Notes: generated by a model from the letters alone, not told the origin. Counted from the first letter of the stretch, positions 18,609 through 26,767 are shown. The stretch: DNA of 64,000 nt from Candidatus Woesebacteria bacterium RIFCSPLOWO2_01_FULL_39_61 (GCA_001793155.1 MGHI01000005.1:23-64022), one strand, 5' to 3'. Program-made: numbers and translations.

Positions 18609-18888
18609 ATTTTTGAGCCTCTTTTTTGTGCATTTTTCTTGCTGAAACTATACGGATCTTTTCCTTTCTTATTACAAAAACTACAAATAATTGTTTACCT
18701 TCTTGGGTTTTACCTAGAGCGATAAACCTTTTTTCTTTGTGAGAATGTTTTACGTCGGGAAGAACATAAAGTTCCTCACTGACAAAAATCTCTTCTGCTT
18801 CTTTTGGTGTGGTGCCGTGTTTTTCGTAACTTTTATCTAGATTGCCTTTGTCCCATTCGAAAGATACGGTCTTCGGCAATACACGCAT
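18577..18888 (-). CDS. brnT: BrnT toxin (DUF497 ribonuclease)
   Basis: N-terminal FEWDKGNLDKSYEKHG is the characteristic BrnT opening. About 100 aa. Confidence 0.6.
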   Translation of the reverse strand: MRVLPKTVSFEWDKGNLDKSYEKHGTTPKEAEEIFVSEELYVLPDVKHSHKEKRFIALGKTQEGKQLFVVFVIRKEKIRIVSARKMHKKEAQKYEKVKKDSKV

Positions 18889-18916
18889 TTGTACATATTA
18901 TGTATGTACATGATAA

Positions 18917-18933
18917 TTTTGTCAAGGACAAAA
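18917..18933. repeat. Palindrome TTTTGTCAAGGACAAAA adjoining the family-A repeat
   Basis: Perfect 7-bp arms. Confidence 0.6.
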
Positions 18934-18971
18934 TTTGTCCTAGGGACGTTTGACGTCTTTCAAATTAACGC
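18931..18971 (+). repeat. Family-A junction repeat (long form)
   Basis: AAATTTGTCCTAGGGACGTTTGACGTCTTTCAAATTAACGC. Confidence 0.8.
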
Positions 18972-19000
18972 TAAGAGTAATTTGTTATAATGTAAAAATC

Positions 19001-19933
19001 ATGAAAGCGGTTCAGGTAAGTTCTTACGGCGGGCTGGAAGTTTTAGCAATTAATGAAGTTGTCAAACCCGAGCCTAAAGCAGGCCAGATTTTAGTAGAAG
19101 TTTATACAGCTAGTATCAATCCGCTTGATGTGGCTGTCATGTCAGGCTCTCTTAAAGACATGATGCCAATTGAATTGCCTTTTACACCTGGAGGAGATTT
19201 TGCCGGTGTTATTTCTGAGGTAGGGGAAGGAGTGGCCAATTTTGCGCTGGGGGATAAAGTATTCGGATCGGCAAATGTTGTGAATGGAGGAACCGGTTCA
19301 TTGGCGGAACTGGCCATAGCCAATGTGGTTAACACTGGGCGGATGCCCAAGATTAATTTCGAGACGGCTGCGGCTCTTCCTCTGGTAGGGAGCAGTGTGG
19401 TGCAGGCAATTGAAGAGCATATGCAACTTGCAGCAGGGCAGAAAATTTTAATTCACGGGGGAGCCGGGGGGATAGGGCACTTGGCAATTCAGCTTGCCAA
19501 ATCAATTGGTGCGTATGTTGCGACCACAGTTGGCACGGACAATGCTACATTTGCGAAGGAGTTAGGTGCTGATGAAGTGATTGACTACAAAAAACAGAAA
19601 TTTGAAGAAATGCTGCACGATTTTGATGCCGTGTATGACATGGTTGGCGGGGAAACGACGAATAAATCATTTTTAGTTTTGAAAAAGGGAGGAATCCTTG
19701 TTTCAATGTTAGGACAACCCAGTGAGGAATTAGCAAAAAGGAACGGCGTAACTGTAATCGGTCAAAATACGAAAACTCAGACAAAAAATTTGTCTCGGGT
19801 AGCAGGACTTGTGGACGGTGGAAAAATGAAAGTGAATATAGACAAAGTATTTCCTTTGACTGAAGTAAAAGAAGCATTTACTTATCAGAAAATAAATTCT
19901 CCCCGGGGGAAAGTAGTTATTAAAATCAAATAA
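19001..19933 (+). CDS. MDR-family NAD(P)H quinone oxidoreductase / alcohol dehydrogenase-like
   Basis: MKAVQVSSYGG…PEPKAGQILV… plus the GGAGGIG cofactor motif. The internal ATG at 19001 was chosen over the upstream extension that overlaps the repeat. GC-richer than its neighbours. Confidence 0.6.
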   Translation: MKAVQVSSYGGLEVLAINEVVKPEPKAGQILVEVYTASINPLDVAVMSGSLKDMMPIELPFTPGGDFAGVISEVGEGVANFALGDKVFGSANVVNGGTGSLAELAIANVVNTGRMPKINFETAAALPLVGSSVVQAIEEHMQLAAGQKILIHGGAGGIGHLAIQLAKSIGAYVATTVGTDNATFAKELGADEVIDYKKQKFEEMLHDFDAVYDMVGGETTNKSFLVLKKGGILVSMLGQPSEELAKRNGVTVIGQNTKTQTKNLSRVAGLVDGGKMKVNIDKVFPLTEVKEAFTYQKINSPRGKVVIKIK

Positions 19934-19951
19934 TTTGTCTTCAAGTTATCC
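19932..19951 (+). repeat. Family-A junction repeat (degenerate short form)
   Basis: AATTTGTCTTCAAGTTATCC, immediately after the TAA stop. Confidence 0.5.
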
Positions 19952-19959
19952 CCGTTTGA

Positions 19960-20349
19960 TTAGTTTGATTTTTCTAATAATTTTTTAATTTCTCCTAGGT
20001 AATAATCATCCCACCCTTTATCTATTGAGTCGAAATTTCTTGATGAAGCTCCGGAGTGTGTTAATTTTAGGGTAGTACAGCCCTCCTTATGGGTTAAAGT
20101 GAATGTAACTTTTGTGGCTGTTTCTGGATCGTCGTCCGAGTACCATTCCCGAACAAGCTTTTTTTCGGGAATAACTTCAAGGTTGGTCCCGTGGATTGAT
20201 CCGCCCCAAAGAGAAAACTTAAAATCTTTTTTATCGGTCATCTTTGCGGGCACTGCGCCCCACGCCTCAATTGTCTTAGGATTGGTGAGCGTATCCCATA
20301 CCTTAGTCTGTGGAGCGAAAATATGATATTCCTTTTTGATCACTTCCAC
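19960..20349 (-). CDS. SRPBCC-fold protein (AHSA1/polyketide-cyclase-like)
   Basis: About 130 aa. Weak pattern match to the Aha1-like domain family. Confidence 0.4.
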   Translation of the reverse strand: MEVIKKEYHIFAPQTKVWDTLTNPKTIEAWGAVPAKMTDKKDFKFSLWGGSIHGTNLEVIPEKKLVREWYSDDDPETATKVTFTLTHKEGCTTLKLTHSGASSRNFDSIDKGWDDYYLGEIKKLLEKSN

Positions 20350-20367
20350 TTATCGGATTATACAATA

Positions 20368-20403
20368 TATTTGTCTTCAAATTAGCTTCGGAGTAAAATT
20401 TAA
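20368..20403 (+). repeat. Family-A junction repeat (short form with GGAG SD)
   Basis: ATATTTGTCTTCAAATTAGCTTCGGAGTAAAATTTAA runs directly into the ATG at 20404. Confidence 0.8.
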
Positions 20404-20991
20404 ATGATGAAGGTCAAGGATCCTCGATACGATTACCATATCACAGTTTCCGCTCATTTATTGTTGAAAACAGTAGACAATCAAATACTTATGGCAAAAC
20501 GTCCAGAGACTTGGGAGTGGGCACCAGGAAGGTGGGGATTACCTGGAGGAAAGATTTATCAGTTTGAAACTTTCATGGATGCTATTAAAAGAAAAACAAG
20601 ACAAGAGCTTGGTTTTGAGTTGATGCCTGATGGTTTATATCAGATAAAGCAACTAATAATTAAGGACAAACAAGCCTTTATGTATTTTTTCTCAGCAAAG
20701 TATGAAGGACAGGAATTGACGGGAGAAATGACAGATTACAAATGGTTTGGTATAAAAGATTTAAATGAATTTCCGTCAAACAAATTCGCAGAATATTTTT
20801 ACAAAAAGATGCTTTCCGAGTTTTTAGTAAAAGACGCTAAGTTGCTACCAATGGAGGTGGTTGATAGTTTAAATTATATAAAGTTAAGTGACACCAAAAA
20901 TTATAAAGATTGGTTTGAGGGAATAATAAACAAGGATTACGATCCAAATAAGGTGGCAGACTTTAAAAAGTGGAAGAAAGTTAAAAAATAA
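20404..20991 (+). CDS. Nudix hydrolase
   Basis: Nudix box-like GGKIYQFETFMDAIKRKTRQELGFE. Confidence 0.5.
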   Translation: MMKVKDPRYDYHITVSAHLLLKTVDNQILMAKRPETWEWAPGRWGLPGGKIYQFETFMDAIKRKTRQELGFELMPDGLYQIKQLIIKDKQAFMYFFSAKYEGQELTGEMTDYKWFGIKDLNEFPSNKFAEYFYKKMLSEFLVKDAKLLPMEVVDSLNYIKLSDTKNYKDWFEGIINKDYDPNKVADFKKWKKVKK

Positions 20992-21025
20992 TTTGTCCTA
21001 GACTTAGCTTCGGAGTAAAATTTTG
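20990..21025 (+). repeat. Family-A junction repeat (short form with GGAG SD)
   Basis: AATTTGTCCTAGACTTAGCTTCGGAGTAAAATTTTG runs directly into the ATG at 21026. Confidence 0.8.
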
Positions 21026-21694
21026 ATGATGGCGAGCTATATTATTTTTTCTCCAACCTTCCTTATTGTTGCAAATTGGTTTCAACTTTTTACTTTTGTT
21101 TCTGCTTTTGGGAAAGGAAAAGTTGGAAGGAAAAAACTGGAAGATAAGTGGGTATATGAAACTGTCCTAAAGAAGACCGGTTTAAAACTTTCCGGTGTTA
21201 CACTTTTCCGCGATGAAAAGATGTACGGGATGATGGCAGGACTTCCTTTCTGGCCAAAGATGATATTGTCAGAGGGCTTGTATAAAGCTTTAAACAAAGA
21301 CGAATTGGAATGGGTGATTTTGCACGAAGCAGGGCATTGTGTTTTATGGCACAATTTAAAAGCATTTCTTATCGAGTTGTCTATTCTCATCTGCGGAATA
21401 CTTTTTATCTACTTTTATAAATTAAATTTTCTCGGAGGGTTTTTATTGGCGATAGTCTCAGGCCTTTTGTGTATTCAGGCAATTCGTTGGCTTATTGAAT
21501 ATCAGGCAGATAAATTTTCTATCGAAAGAGTTGATAATCCGGAAGGTGTAATAACAGCACAAGAAAAATTCAAAAACGCCACAGATAAGAATTTATTTAG
21601 CTCGGAAAAAAGTTTAGGAAGATTTTTACTTCACTGGAATATTTATCCAGGAAAGAGAATCGAGATGGCGAAATCGAGACTTTCTTCAAATTAG
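21026..21694 (+). CDS. Membrane HExxH zinc metallopeptidase (M48/M56-like)
   Basis: WVILHEAGH motif flanked by TM helices. Confidence 0.5.
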   Translation: MMASYIIFSPTFLIVANWFQLFTFVSAFGKGKVGRKKLEDKWVYETVLKKTGLKLSGVTLFRDEKMYGMMAGLPFWPKMILSEGLYKALNKDELEWVILHEAGHCVLWHNLKAFLIELSILICGILFIYFYKLNFLGGFLLAIVSGLLCIQAIRWLIEYQADKFSIERVDNPEGVITAQEKFKNATDKNLFSSEKSLGRFLLHWNIYPGKRIEMAKSRLSSN

Positions 21695-21699
21695 CTTTG
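21678..21699 (+). repeat. Family-A junction repeat (short form, partial)
   Basis: GACTTTCTTCAAATTAGCTTTG overlaps the peptidase stop. Confidence 0.6.
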
Positions 21700-21711
21700 T
21701 GTGTGGGGAAA

Positions 21712-21732
21712 GACCCATTTCCTCCGCGGTTC
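21712..21732 (+). repeat. Family-B junction repeat
   Basis: GACCCATTTCCTCCGCGGTTC. Confidence 0.6.
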
Positions 21733-21738
21733 AGAATT

Positions 21739-22017
21739 TTAAGTGAATTTGATTTCGAGCTTCTTATCGAGAGCTGAAGCGATTTTTTGGAGTAAACCAA
21801 TTGAAGGACTTACGGTCATATTTTCAATTCTAGAAAGAACAGCTTGAGTTGTCTTGGCTCTTTTGGCAAGTTCTCGCTGAGATATTTTTCCCTCAATACG
21901 AGCTTTAATAAGCTCTCTTGTAATCTCGAATTGGGGTTGTAATTTATCCCACTCCTTTTTGAACTTAGGATTTTTTAGTTGCTTTTTCAGATAGTCATCA
22001 AAAGTTTTATCTTTCAT
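21739..22017 (-). CDS. higA: HigA-type antitoxin (XRE-family HTH)
   Basis: HTH segment SQRELAKRAKTTQAVLSRIEN. Lies downstream of a Gp49-like toxin gene. Confidence 0.6.
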   Translation of the reverse strand: MKDKTFDDYLKKQLKNPKFKKEWDKLQPQFEITRELIKARIEGKISQRELAKRAKTTQAVLSRIENMTVSPSIGLLQKIASALDKKLEIKFT

Positions 22018-22050
22018 ATTAGATGATGATATCTTTTTAGATATCGCATG

Positions 22051-22395
22051 TCAAGTGCTTCTTGCCAAGATTTCTTGATACCTGCTTAAGGCGAGCTTTA
22101 TTTCTTTTATTGGAGTCTTTTGTTTTTTCTTAGCAAAAATATGTAAAACCTTTACTTCTTTGTATGGCAAAGATATGCAAAAGATACGAATATTATCTTT
22201 TCCTAGAATCCTAACTTCCCATAAAGGTGTATTTGTGATCTTTTTTAAATCTGGAACATCTCTGGCCAAACCGAATACTTTAATGTAATGTATCTTTGTT
22301 AATATTTTAGCTCTTACAGATTCTTCGATTGAGTTTAAGTATTCCTCTATAGGAGAAACATTTCCAGAAAAAGTGTAAAAACTCACTTTATACAT
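22051..22395 (-). CDS. higB: HigB-type toxin (Gp49-like / RelE-ParE superfamily)
   Basis: About 114 aa. Toxin-first order with an XRE antitoxin downstream. Gp49-like sequence. Confidence 0.55.
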   Translation of the reverse strand: MYKVSFYTFSGNVSPIEEYLNSIEESVRAKILTKIHYIKVFGLARDVPDLKKITNTPLWEVRILGKDNIRIFCISLPYKEVKVLHIFAKKKQKTPIKEIKLALSRYQEILARST

Positions 22396-22418
22396 GTAAA
22401 TTCAGAATAGCACAAGTA

Positions 22419-22438
22419 GAACCCATTTCCTCCCCACC
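22419..22438 (+). repeat. Family-B junction repeat
   Basis: GAACCCATTTCCTCCCCACC. Confidence 0.6.
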
Positions 22439-22495
22439 AGAGGCGGGCAAGCGCGGCTTCTGGATTTTCCGAAAGGTTGATATACTTCAAACAGA

Positions 22496-23059
22496 ATGAA
22501 TAAGAGTTTGGTAAATAAAGTTCAAAAATGGGTTGAAGAAATTTATTCTAATGCAGGCCATTTGGTAAGGACAGGATATTGGGTTAAAAGATTATATCCC
22601 GAGGCAGATGATGCTCTGATTATTGCAGCTATTTCTCATGATATTGAGAGAGCTTACAAGAAGGGCGGAAAGCCTCCATCACCTGAAGGGAAAGGTGCGA
22701 AATGGGATGATCCTGTGTATGACAAGTGGCACTCGGAGCGCTCCGCTGGCTTTGTTTCGGAATTTCTTCGTAAGGAAGGAGCAGCCGAGAGTATGATCAA
22801 AGAGATTTCAAAATTGATAAGCCACCACGAGCATGGAGGATGGAGAGAGGCCGATTTTCTAAGAGACGCCGATTCCTTAAGTTTTCTCGAAATCAATGTC
22901 GACATGTTTATTTCCCGAATTCCTGACCAACTCACAAAGGATGAAGTGAGAGAAAAGTTTGACTACATGTTTAATCGAATCGGAAGCGAGAAAGCAAAGA
23001 AAATTGCAAAACCTCTTTACAAAAAAGCAATCGAAAAATTAAATAAGATAAAAGATTAG
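22496..23059 (+). CDS. HD-domain phosphohydrolase-like protein
   Basis: H…HDIER motif. GC-richer than its surroundings. Confidence 0.45.
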   Translation: MNKSLVNKVQKWVEEIYSNAGHLVRTGYWVKRLYPEADDALIIAAISHDIERAYKKGGKPPSPEGKGAKWDDPVYDKWHSERSAGFVSEFLRKEGAAESMIKEISKLISHHEHGGWREADFLRDADSLSFLEINVDMFISRIPDQLTKDEVREKFDYMFNRIGSEKAKKIAKPLYKKAIEKLNKIKD

Positions 23060-23062
23060 AAG

Positions 23063-23083
23063 TACCCATCTCCTCCCGCTTCT
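23063..23083 (+). repeat. Family-B junction repeat
   Basis: GTACCCATCTCCTCCCGCTTC. Confidence 0.55.
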
Positions 23084-23089
23084 GTATAA

Positions 23090-23347
23090 TTGTTTATGTC
23101 TAAGTCCGTTGCTGTTGGAATTTTATTTGGGATCTTGTTGGGTATTGTATTACAATTCATTTACCCGAAATTATTAAGTTTGGAGGTTTTGTTCAACTCA
23201 TCATTAAGGCAACAAACGGGTGTACCCCAATACCCTCAGTATGGTTCCGGATCTATATTTGCAGTTGGGTTTTTGACGCCTCTGATTTTTGGAATAATTG
23301 GGGGATTAACCGGCCTGATAATATCTAAATTAACTCGCAAACCATAA
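23090..23347 (+). CDS. Small membrane protein
   Basis: Two hydrophobic helices. Confidence 0.3.
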   Translation: MFMSKSVAVGILFGILLGIVLQFIYPKLLSLEVLFNSSLRQQTGVPQYPQYGSGSIFAVGFLTPLIFGIIGGLTGLIISKLTRKP

Positions 23348-23493
23348 CACCTCTTCTTTACTCTGCAACTTCGAATAATATTCTAAAATTTATGTTGTAA
23401 AATCTAATTGGATAAAGGAAAGGAGTTAAAATTAATAATTATCCTTCACAATCAAGTCCTATAAATTCGGTTTCAAATATCCTTCTAAGACTA

Positions 23494-23790
23494 TTGAGAT
23501 TTTTTTCAGCACCGAAAATATTACTTTTTCTTTTTGCGGCAGCGTCTTCATTAGTTTCTTTGGGTTTGAGTCACGACATCGCTTTTTCGCTAGTCTTCGG
23601 GTGCTTTATGTTTTTGATGTTGTGGCAGATAAGTAAGAAGTGGGGAAGCGGACGGGAGACCAGACTCTTTGTCTATGGATTTGCGATCGTAATAATTTTA
23701 TTAAATTTATTGATTATTTTTCCGTGGATATCGAAATTTCTTCAGGAACTATTTTGGAAAATTTATTGCCTAACAAAGAACTTCTGTTAG
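23494..23790 (+). CDS. Small membrane protein
   Basis: TTG-start ORF with hydrophobic helices. Confidence 0.3.
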   Translation: MRFFSAPKILLFLFAAASSLVSLGLSHDIAFSLVFGCFMFLMLWQISKKWGSGRETRLFVYGFAIVIILLNLLIIFPWISKFLQELFWKIYCLTKNFC

Positions 23791-23826
23791 AAAATATTTT
23801 TTATTAATCCGCCCCTCCACGGTTTT

Positions 23827-23836
23827 TTGATATAAT
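23827..23836 (+). promoter_or_regulatory. Extended -10 promoter TTGATATAAT; leaderless or near-leaderless ridA
   Basis: TGaTATAAT lies 7 nt before the ATG at 23843. Confidence 0.45.
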
Positions 23837-23842
23837 TTGGTA

Positions 23843-24193
23843 ATGAGTATGCCAAAAGGTCCTTATTCTCCATATGTGCAAAGGGGAAATTTAATTTTTA
23901 CATCCGGCCAAATACACTTAACCCCCGACGGAACACTTCTTGAAGGAACTATTAAAGACCAGACACACCAAGTGATGAAAAATTTGGAAGGTGTTTTGAT
24001 AATTGCGGGAGTAAATTTTTCCGATGTAGTTAAAACAACAATTTACGTAACCGACATGTCTTTTTATAAAGATGTAAATGAAGTTTACGCGAGTTATTTA
24101 AGTGAACCGTATCCAGCCCGGGAAACTGTATGTGTAAGGGAATTACCTTTGGGGGCAAAGATAGAAATAAGTGTGATTGCAGTAAAAAGCTAA
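23843..24193 (+). CDS. ridA: RidA/YjgF family reactive-intermediate deaminase
   Basis: PKGPYSPYVQRGNLIFTSGQI… and C-terminal …PARETVCV…LPLGAKIEI are RidA signatures. The start is ambiguous (23843 or 23849). Confidence 0.7.
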   Translation: MSMPKGPYSPYVQRGNLIFTSGQIHLTPDGTLLEGTIKDQTHQVMKNLEGVLIIAGVNFSDVVKTTIYVTDMSFYKDVNEVYASYLSEPYPARETVCVRELPLGAKIEISVIAVKS

Positions 24194-24235
24194 AAACCTT
24201 ACCCCGTGACTTCAGTATTATGTTTAAAAGGAAAA

Positions 24236-24279
24236 CTCCGTGCAGGAAAAATTTGAGCAGGTTAGATACCTGCACGGAG
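24236..24279 (+). terminator. Hairpin CTCCGTGCAGG-N22-CCTGCACGGAG after ridA
   Basis: 11-bp perfect stem with a weak T-tract (TTTGG). Could be a terminator or a regulatory structure. Confidence 0.35.
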
Positions 24280-24408
24280 TTTGGTAATTAGAGACGATTA
24301 ATGCCTTGGTCGCGCGTCGTGGCGATTTTTGCGTCTGCATAAAAGCCAGATGCAATTCCACACGATCCACGCACACACCTTTGCCCAAAAACACCTTTTA
24401 ACTAAAAG

Positions 24409-24418
24409 TTGATATAAT
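24409..24418 (+). promoter_or_regulatory. Extended -10 promoter TTGATATAAT upstream of a Nudix gene
   Basis: Same GTTGATATAAT decamer as at 23827. Confidence 0.45.
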
Positions 24419-24472
24419 CGCTTTTAATAACATCCTCCACGAATTTGAGTTCGTGGTTTCCCCGGAGGGAGG

Positions 24473-24952
24473 ATGATATATCAGGTTCAATTCCTCCCTG
24501 AATTGAAAATTCAGGGGTTCCTTGAAACTGTTATGAAAAAAGAAAAAAAGAAAGTTGTCCGTGCAATTATTCTGGATGAGCAAGGTAGGGTTTTACTTGG
24601 AAAAAGAGCGCAAGGAAAAGGTGCTGGGACCTGGGCTTTGATTGGTGGTAAGCCGGATGGGAACGAAACTCCGGAGAAAACAATTATACGAGAAGTGAAG
24701 GAAGAACTCGGTATCGAATTTGACCCCCATTTCTATTTAGAAGAATTGGATAAGGAATCTTTTCCAAGAGAATTTTGGGACGTAAGATATTTTGAGGGTG
24801 GTTTTGAAGGTAAAATTTCACTTAACGAAGAAAACAGTGAAATTATGTTTGTGTCTTTGGAGGATTTAGATAATTTTGAAATTGCCTTTGATCATAAAGA
24901 GTTACTTATAAAATTTTTCAAAGGAAAATCCAAGTGTTTCAAAAAATTCTAG
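24473..24952 (+). CDS. Nudix hydrolase
   Basis: Nudix box GGKPDGNETPEKTIIREVKEELGIE. A GGAGGGAGG SD lies 4 nt before the ATG at 24473. An alternative start is the ATG at 24533. Confidence 0.6.
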   Translation: MIYQVQFLPELKIQGFLETVMKKEKKKVVRAIILDEQGRVLLGKRAQGKGAGTWALIGGKPDGNETPEKTIIREVKEELGIEFDPHFYLEELDKESFPREFWDVRYFEGGFEGKISLNEENSEIMFVSLEDLDNFEIAFDHKELLIKFFKGKSKCFKKF

Positions 24953-24961
24953 ACTAAAGAC

Positions 24962-25444
24962 ATGAAAGTTAAAACTATTTTAATGGCAATAGTTTATGCC
25001 GGCGGACTTTGGATTTTTTTACCATACCTTTTTATTTTATTAAATGATTTTTTTGGTCTACCCAGATTTACTTATCTTCCTCTCCGAGTACTGGGCGTAT
25101 TAATAATTATCTGTGTTTTACTAACTGACCTGTATCTATTTAACTTATTCAAATTTTTCGGGAAAGGAACCCCCGTTCCAGTCGAGCCAACCAACAAATT
25201 GATTCACAAGGGTCCGTACAAATATGTGCGAAACCCGATGTATGTAGGACACTCGCTGATATTTTTGGGAGAGTTTTTATTATTTGGTTACCCGACCATC
25301 CTTCTCTATATAGTTTCAGCAGGAATGGGTTTTCACCTTTTAGTTGTAAAGTGGGAGGAACCGCAATTAGTGAGGCGACTTGGTGAGCCTTATGAAAATT
25401 ATCTAAACAAAGTTCCTCGCTGGCTTCCGAAAATTTTAATCTAG
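24962..25444 (+). CDS. Isoprenylcysteine carboxyl methyltransferase (ICMT)/phospholipid methyltransferase family membrane protein
   Basis: VRNPMYVG…EEPQLVRRLGEPYENY are ICMT family signatures. Confidence 0.6.
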   Translation: MKVKTILMAIVYAGGLWIFLPYLFILLNDFFGLPRFTYLPLRVLGVLIIICVLLTDLYLFNLFKFFGKGTPVPVEPTNKLIHKGPYKYVRNPMYVGHSLIFLGEFLLFGYPTILLYIVSAGMGFHLLVVKWEEPQLVRRLGEPYENYLNKVPRWLPKILI

Positions 25445-25460
25445 GCAAGTATAACATTAA

Positions 25461-25970
25461 ATGAAAATTTCCGAATACAAAAAGGAAGTTAAAAAACCCT
25501 TAAGGCAGGCAACTTTATGTTTTTTGTTCCGAGAAAAAGAAATACTTTTAGCCAGAAAAAAGAGGGGGTTTGCCGAAGGGAAAATTAACGGAGTCGGAGG
25601 AAAGGTTAATGACGGTGAGGGCGTGAGAAAAGCTGCCAAAAGAGAGACTTTTGAGGAGATTGGAGTTAAGGTTGGTTCGTTAAAGCAAGTTGCTATTTTG
25701 GATTTTTATTTCATCCATAATTTCGACTGGAACCAGCAAGTTGTTGTTTTCGAGGCAAAAAAATGGCGTGGAGAGCCAAAGGAGAGTGAGGAAATGGCTC
25801 CTTTTTGGTGTCCTTTTGAAAAAATCCCTTATAAGGAAATGTGGGCTGATGACATTTTATGGCTTCCCCAGGTGTTGAAAGGAAAAAAAATTAAGGCTTC
25901 ATTTTTATTTAACGAAAAAGAAGAAATTTTGGATTATTTGGTAGAAGAAATCGATAAAGATTTAGATTAG
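25461..25970 (+). CDS. Nudix hydrolase (MutT-like)
   Basis: GVGGKVNDGEGVRKAAKRETFEEIGV Nudix box. Confidence 0.6.
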   Translation: MKISEYKKEVKKPLRQATLCFLFREKEILLARKKRGFAEGKINGVGGKVNDGEGVRKAAKRETFEEIGVKVGSLKQVAILDFYFIHNFDWNQQVVVFEAKKWRGEPKESEEMAPFWCPFEKIPYKEMWADDILWLPQVLKGKKIKASFLFNEKEEILDYLVEEIDKDLD

Positions 25971-25987
25971 TAGTAGAATACCAATTA

Positions 25988-26731
25988 ATGCAACTGAAAA
26001 ATAGGGTCGTGCTGATAACCGGTGCTTCTGGTGGAATTGGGAAAACGATTGCGCGAAAGTTTGCCAGAAAAGGATGTCGTCTTATTCTTCACTCCAAAGA
26101 CAAAGCCACTATCGAAGGTATTAGAAAAGAGCTTTGCGATAAGAAGACTGAGTGTATTAGTGTTTCTGCGGATTTCAGAAAATTAAAGGAAATAAAACTA
26201 ATGTTTGACGAAATTCGGAAGACATATTCTTCCCTGGACGTTATCGTGAATGTCTCGGGAGTAGAAAGAATTTATACAGATCCGCTCGACACGCACCAAT
26301 GGAAAGAGGTAATGGATGTAAATTTATTCGGAGCTGTGGAGTGTAGCCGCGAAGCCCTAAGGATGATGAATGGAGGTGGAGTGATAATAAATATTTCATC
26401 AGTTGCTGGAAAACCGGGTGTTGCTTATTATGGTGAGTCGTTATCTTATTCGATTTCAAAATCAGCCTTGAACACTTTTTCTGAAAACTTGGCAATAATG
26501 CTTGCTCCAAGAATTCGTGTTGTCAGCATTTCTCCGGGGCATACGTTAACACCCATGTGGAATCTTTCTTCGGAAAAAGAGAAAAAAGAATATGAGGAGA
26601 GAGTTCCTCTTAAGCGTTTTATTACACCTCAAGAAATCGCCCATGCCGTTATAGCTGTTGCCGAAAATGATGCAATAACAGGAACTAATATTGTTGTGGA
26701 TGCCGGTCTTAGCCTAAAAGAGATTAGATAG
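25988..26731 (+). CDS. SDR family oxidoreductase
   Basis: TGASGGIGKT Rossmann motif. About 247 aa, the classical SDR size. Confidence 0.65.
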   Translation: MQLKNRVVLITGASGGIGKTIARKFARKGCRLILHSKDKATIEGIRKELCDKKTECISVSADFRKLKEIKLMFDEIRKTYSSLDVIVNVSGVERIYTDPLDTHQWKEVMDVNLFGAVECSREALRMMNGGGVIINISSVAGKPGVAYYGESLSYSISKSALNTFSENLAIMLAPRIRVVSISPGHTLTPMWNLSSEKEKKEYEERVPLKRFITPQEIAHAVIAVAENDAITGTNIVVDAGLSLKEIR

Positions 26732-26767
26732 TAAGATTTTCACATTCGCACATATTTTTAAAAAATT

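Noticed and set aside
14820-21700. Family-A repeats as a CRISPR array
   Set aside because: Spacing is 60-1500 bp and the intervals contain full genes. The repeats vary in length. There are no cas genes. This is not CRISPR.
14820-21700. Family-A repeats as canonical integron attC sites
   Set aside because: No RYYYAAC inverse core or GTTRRRY core could be found, and no IntI is in the window. The call is kept only as attC-like in architecture.
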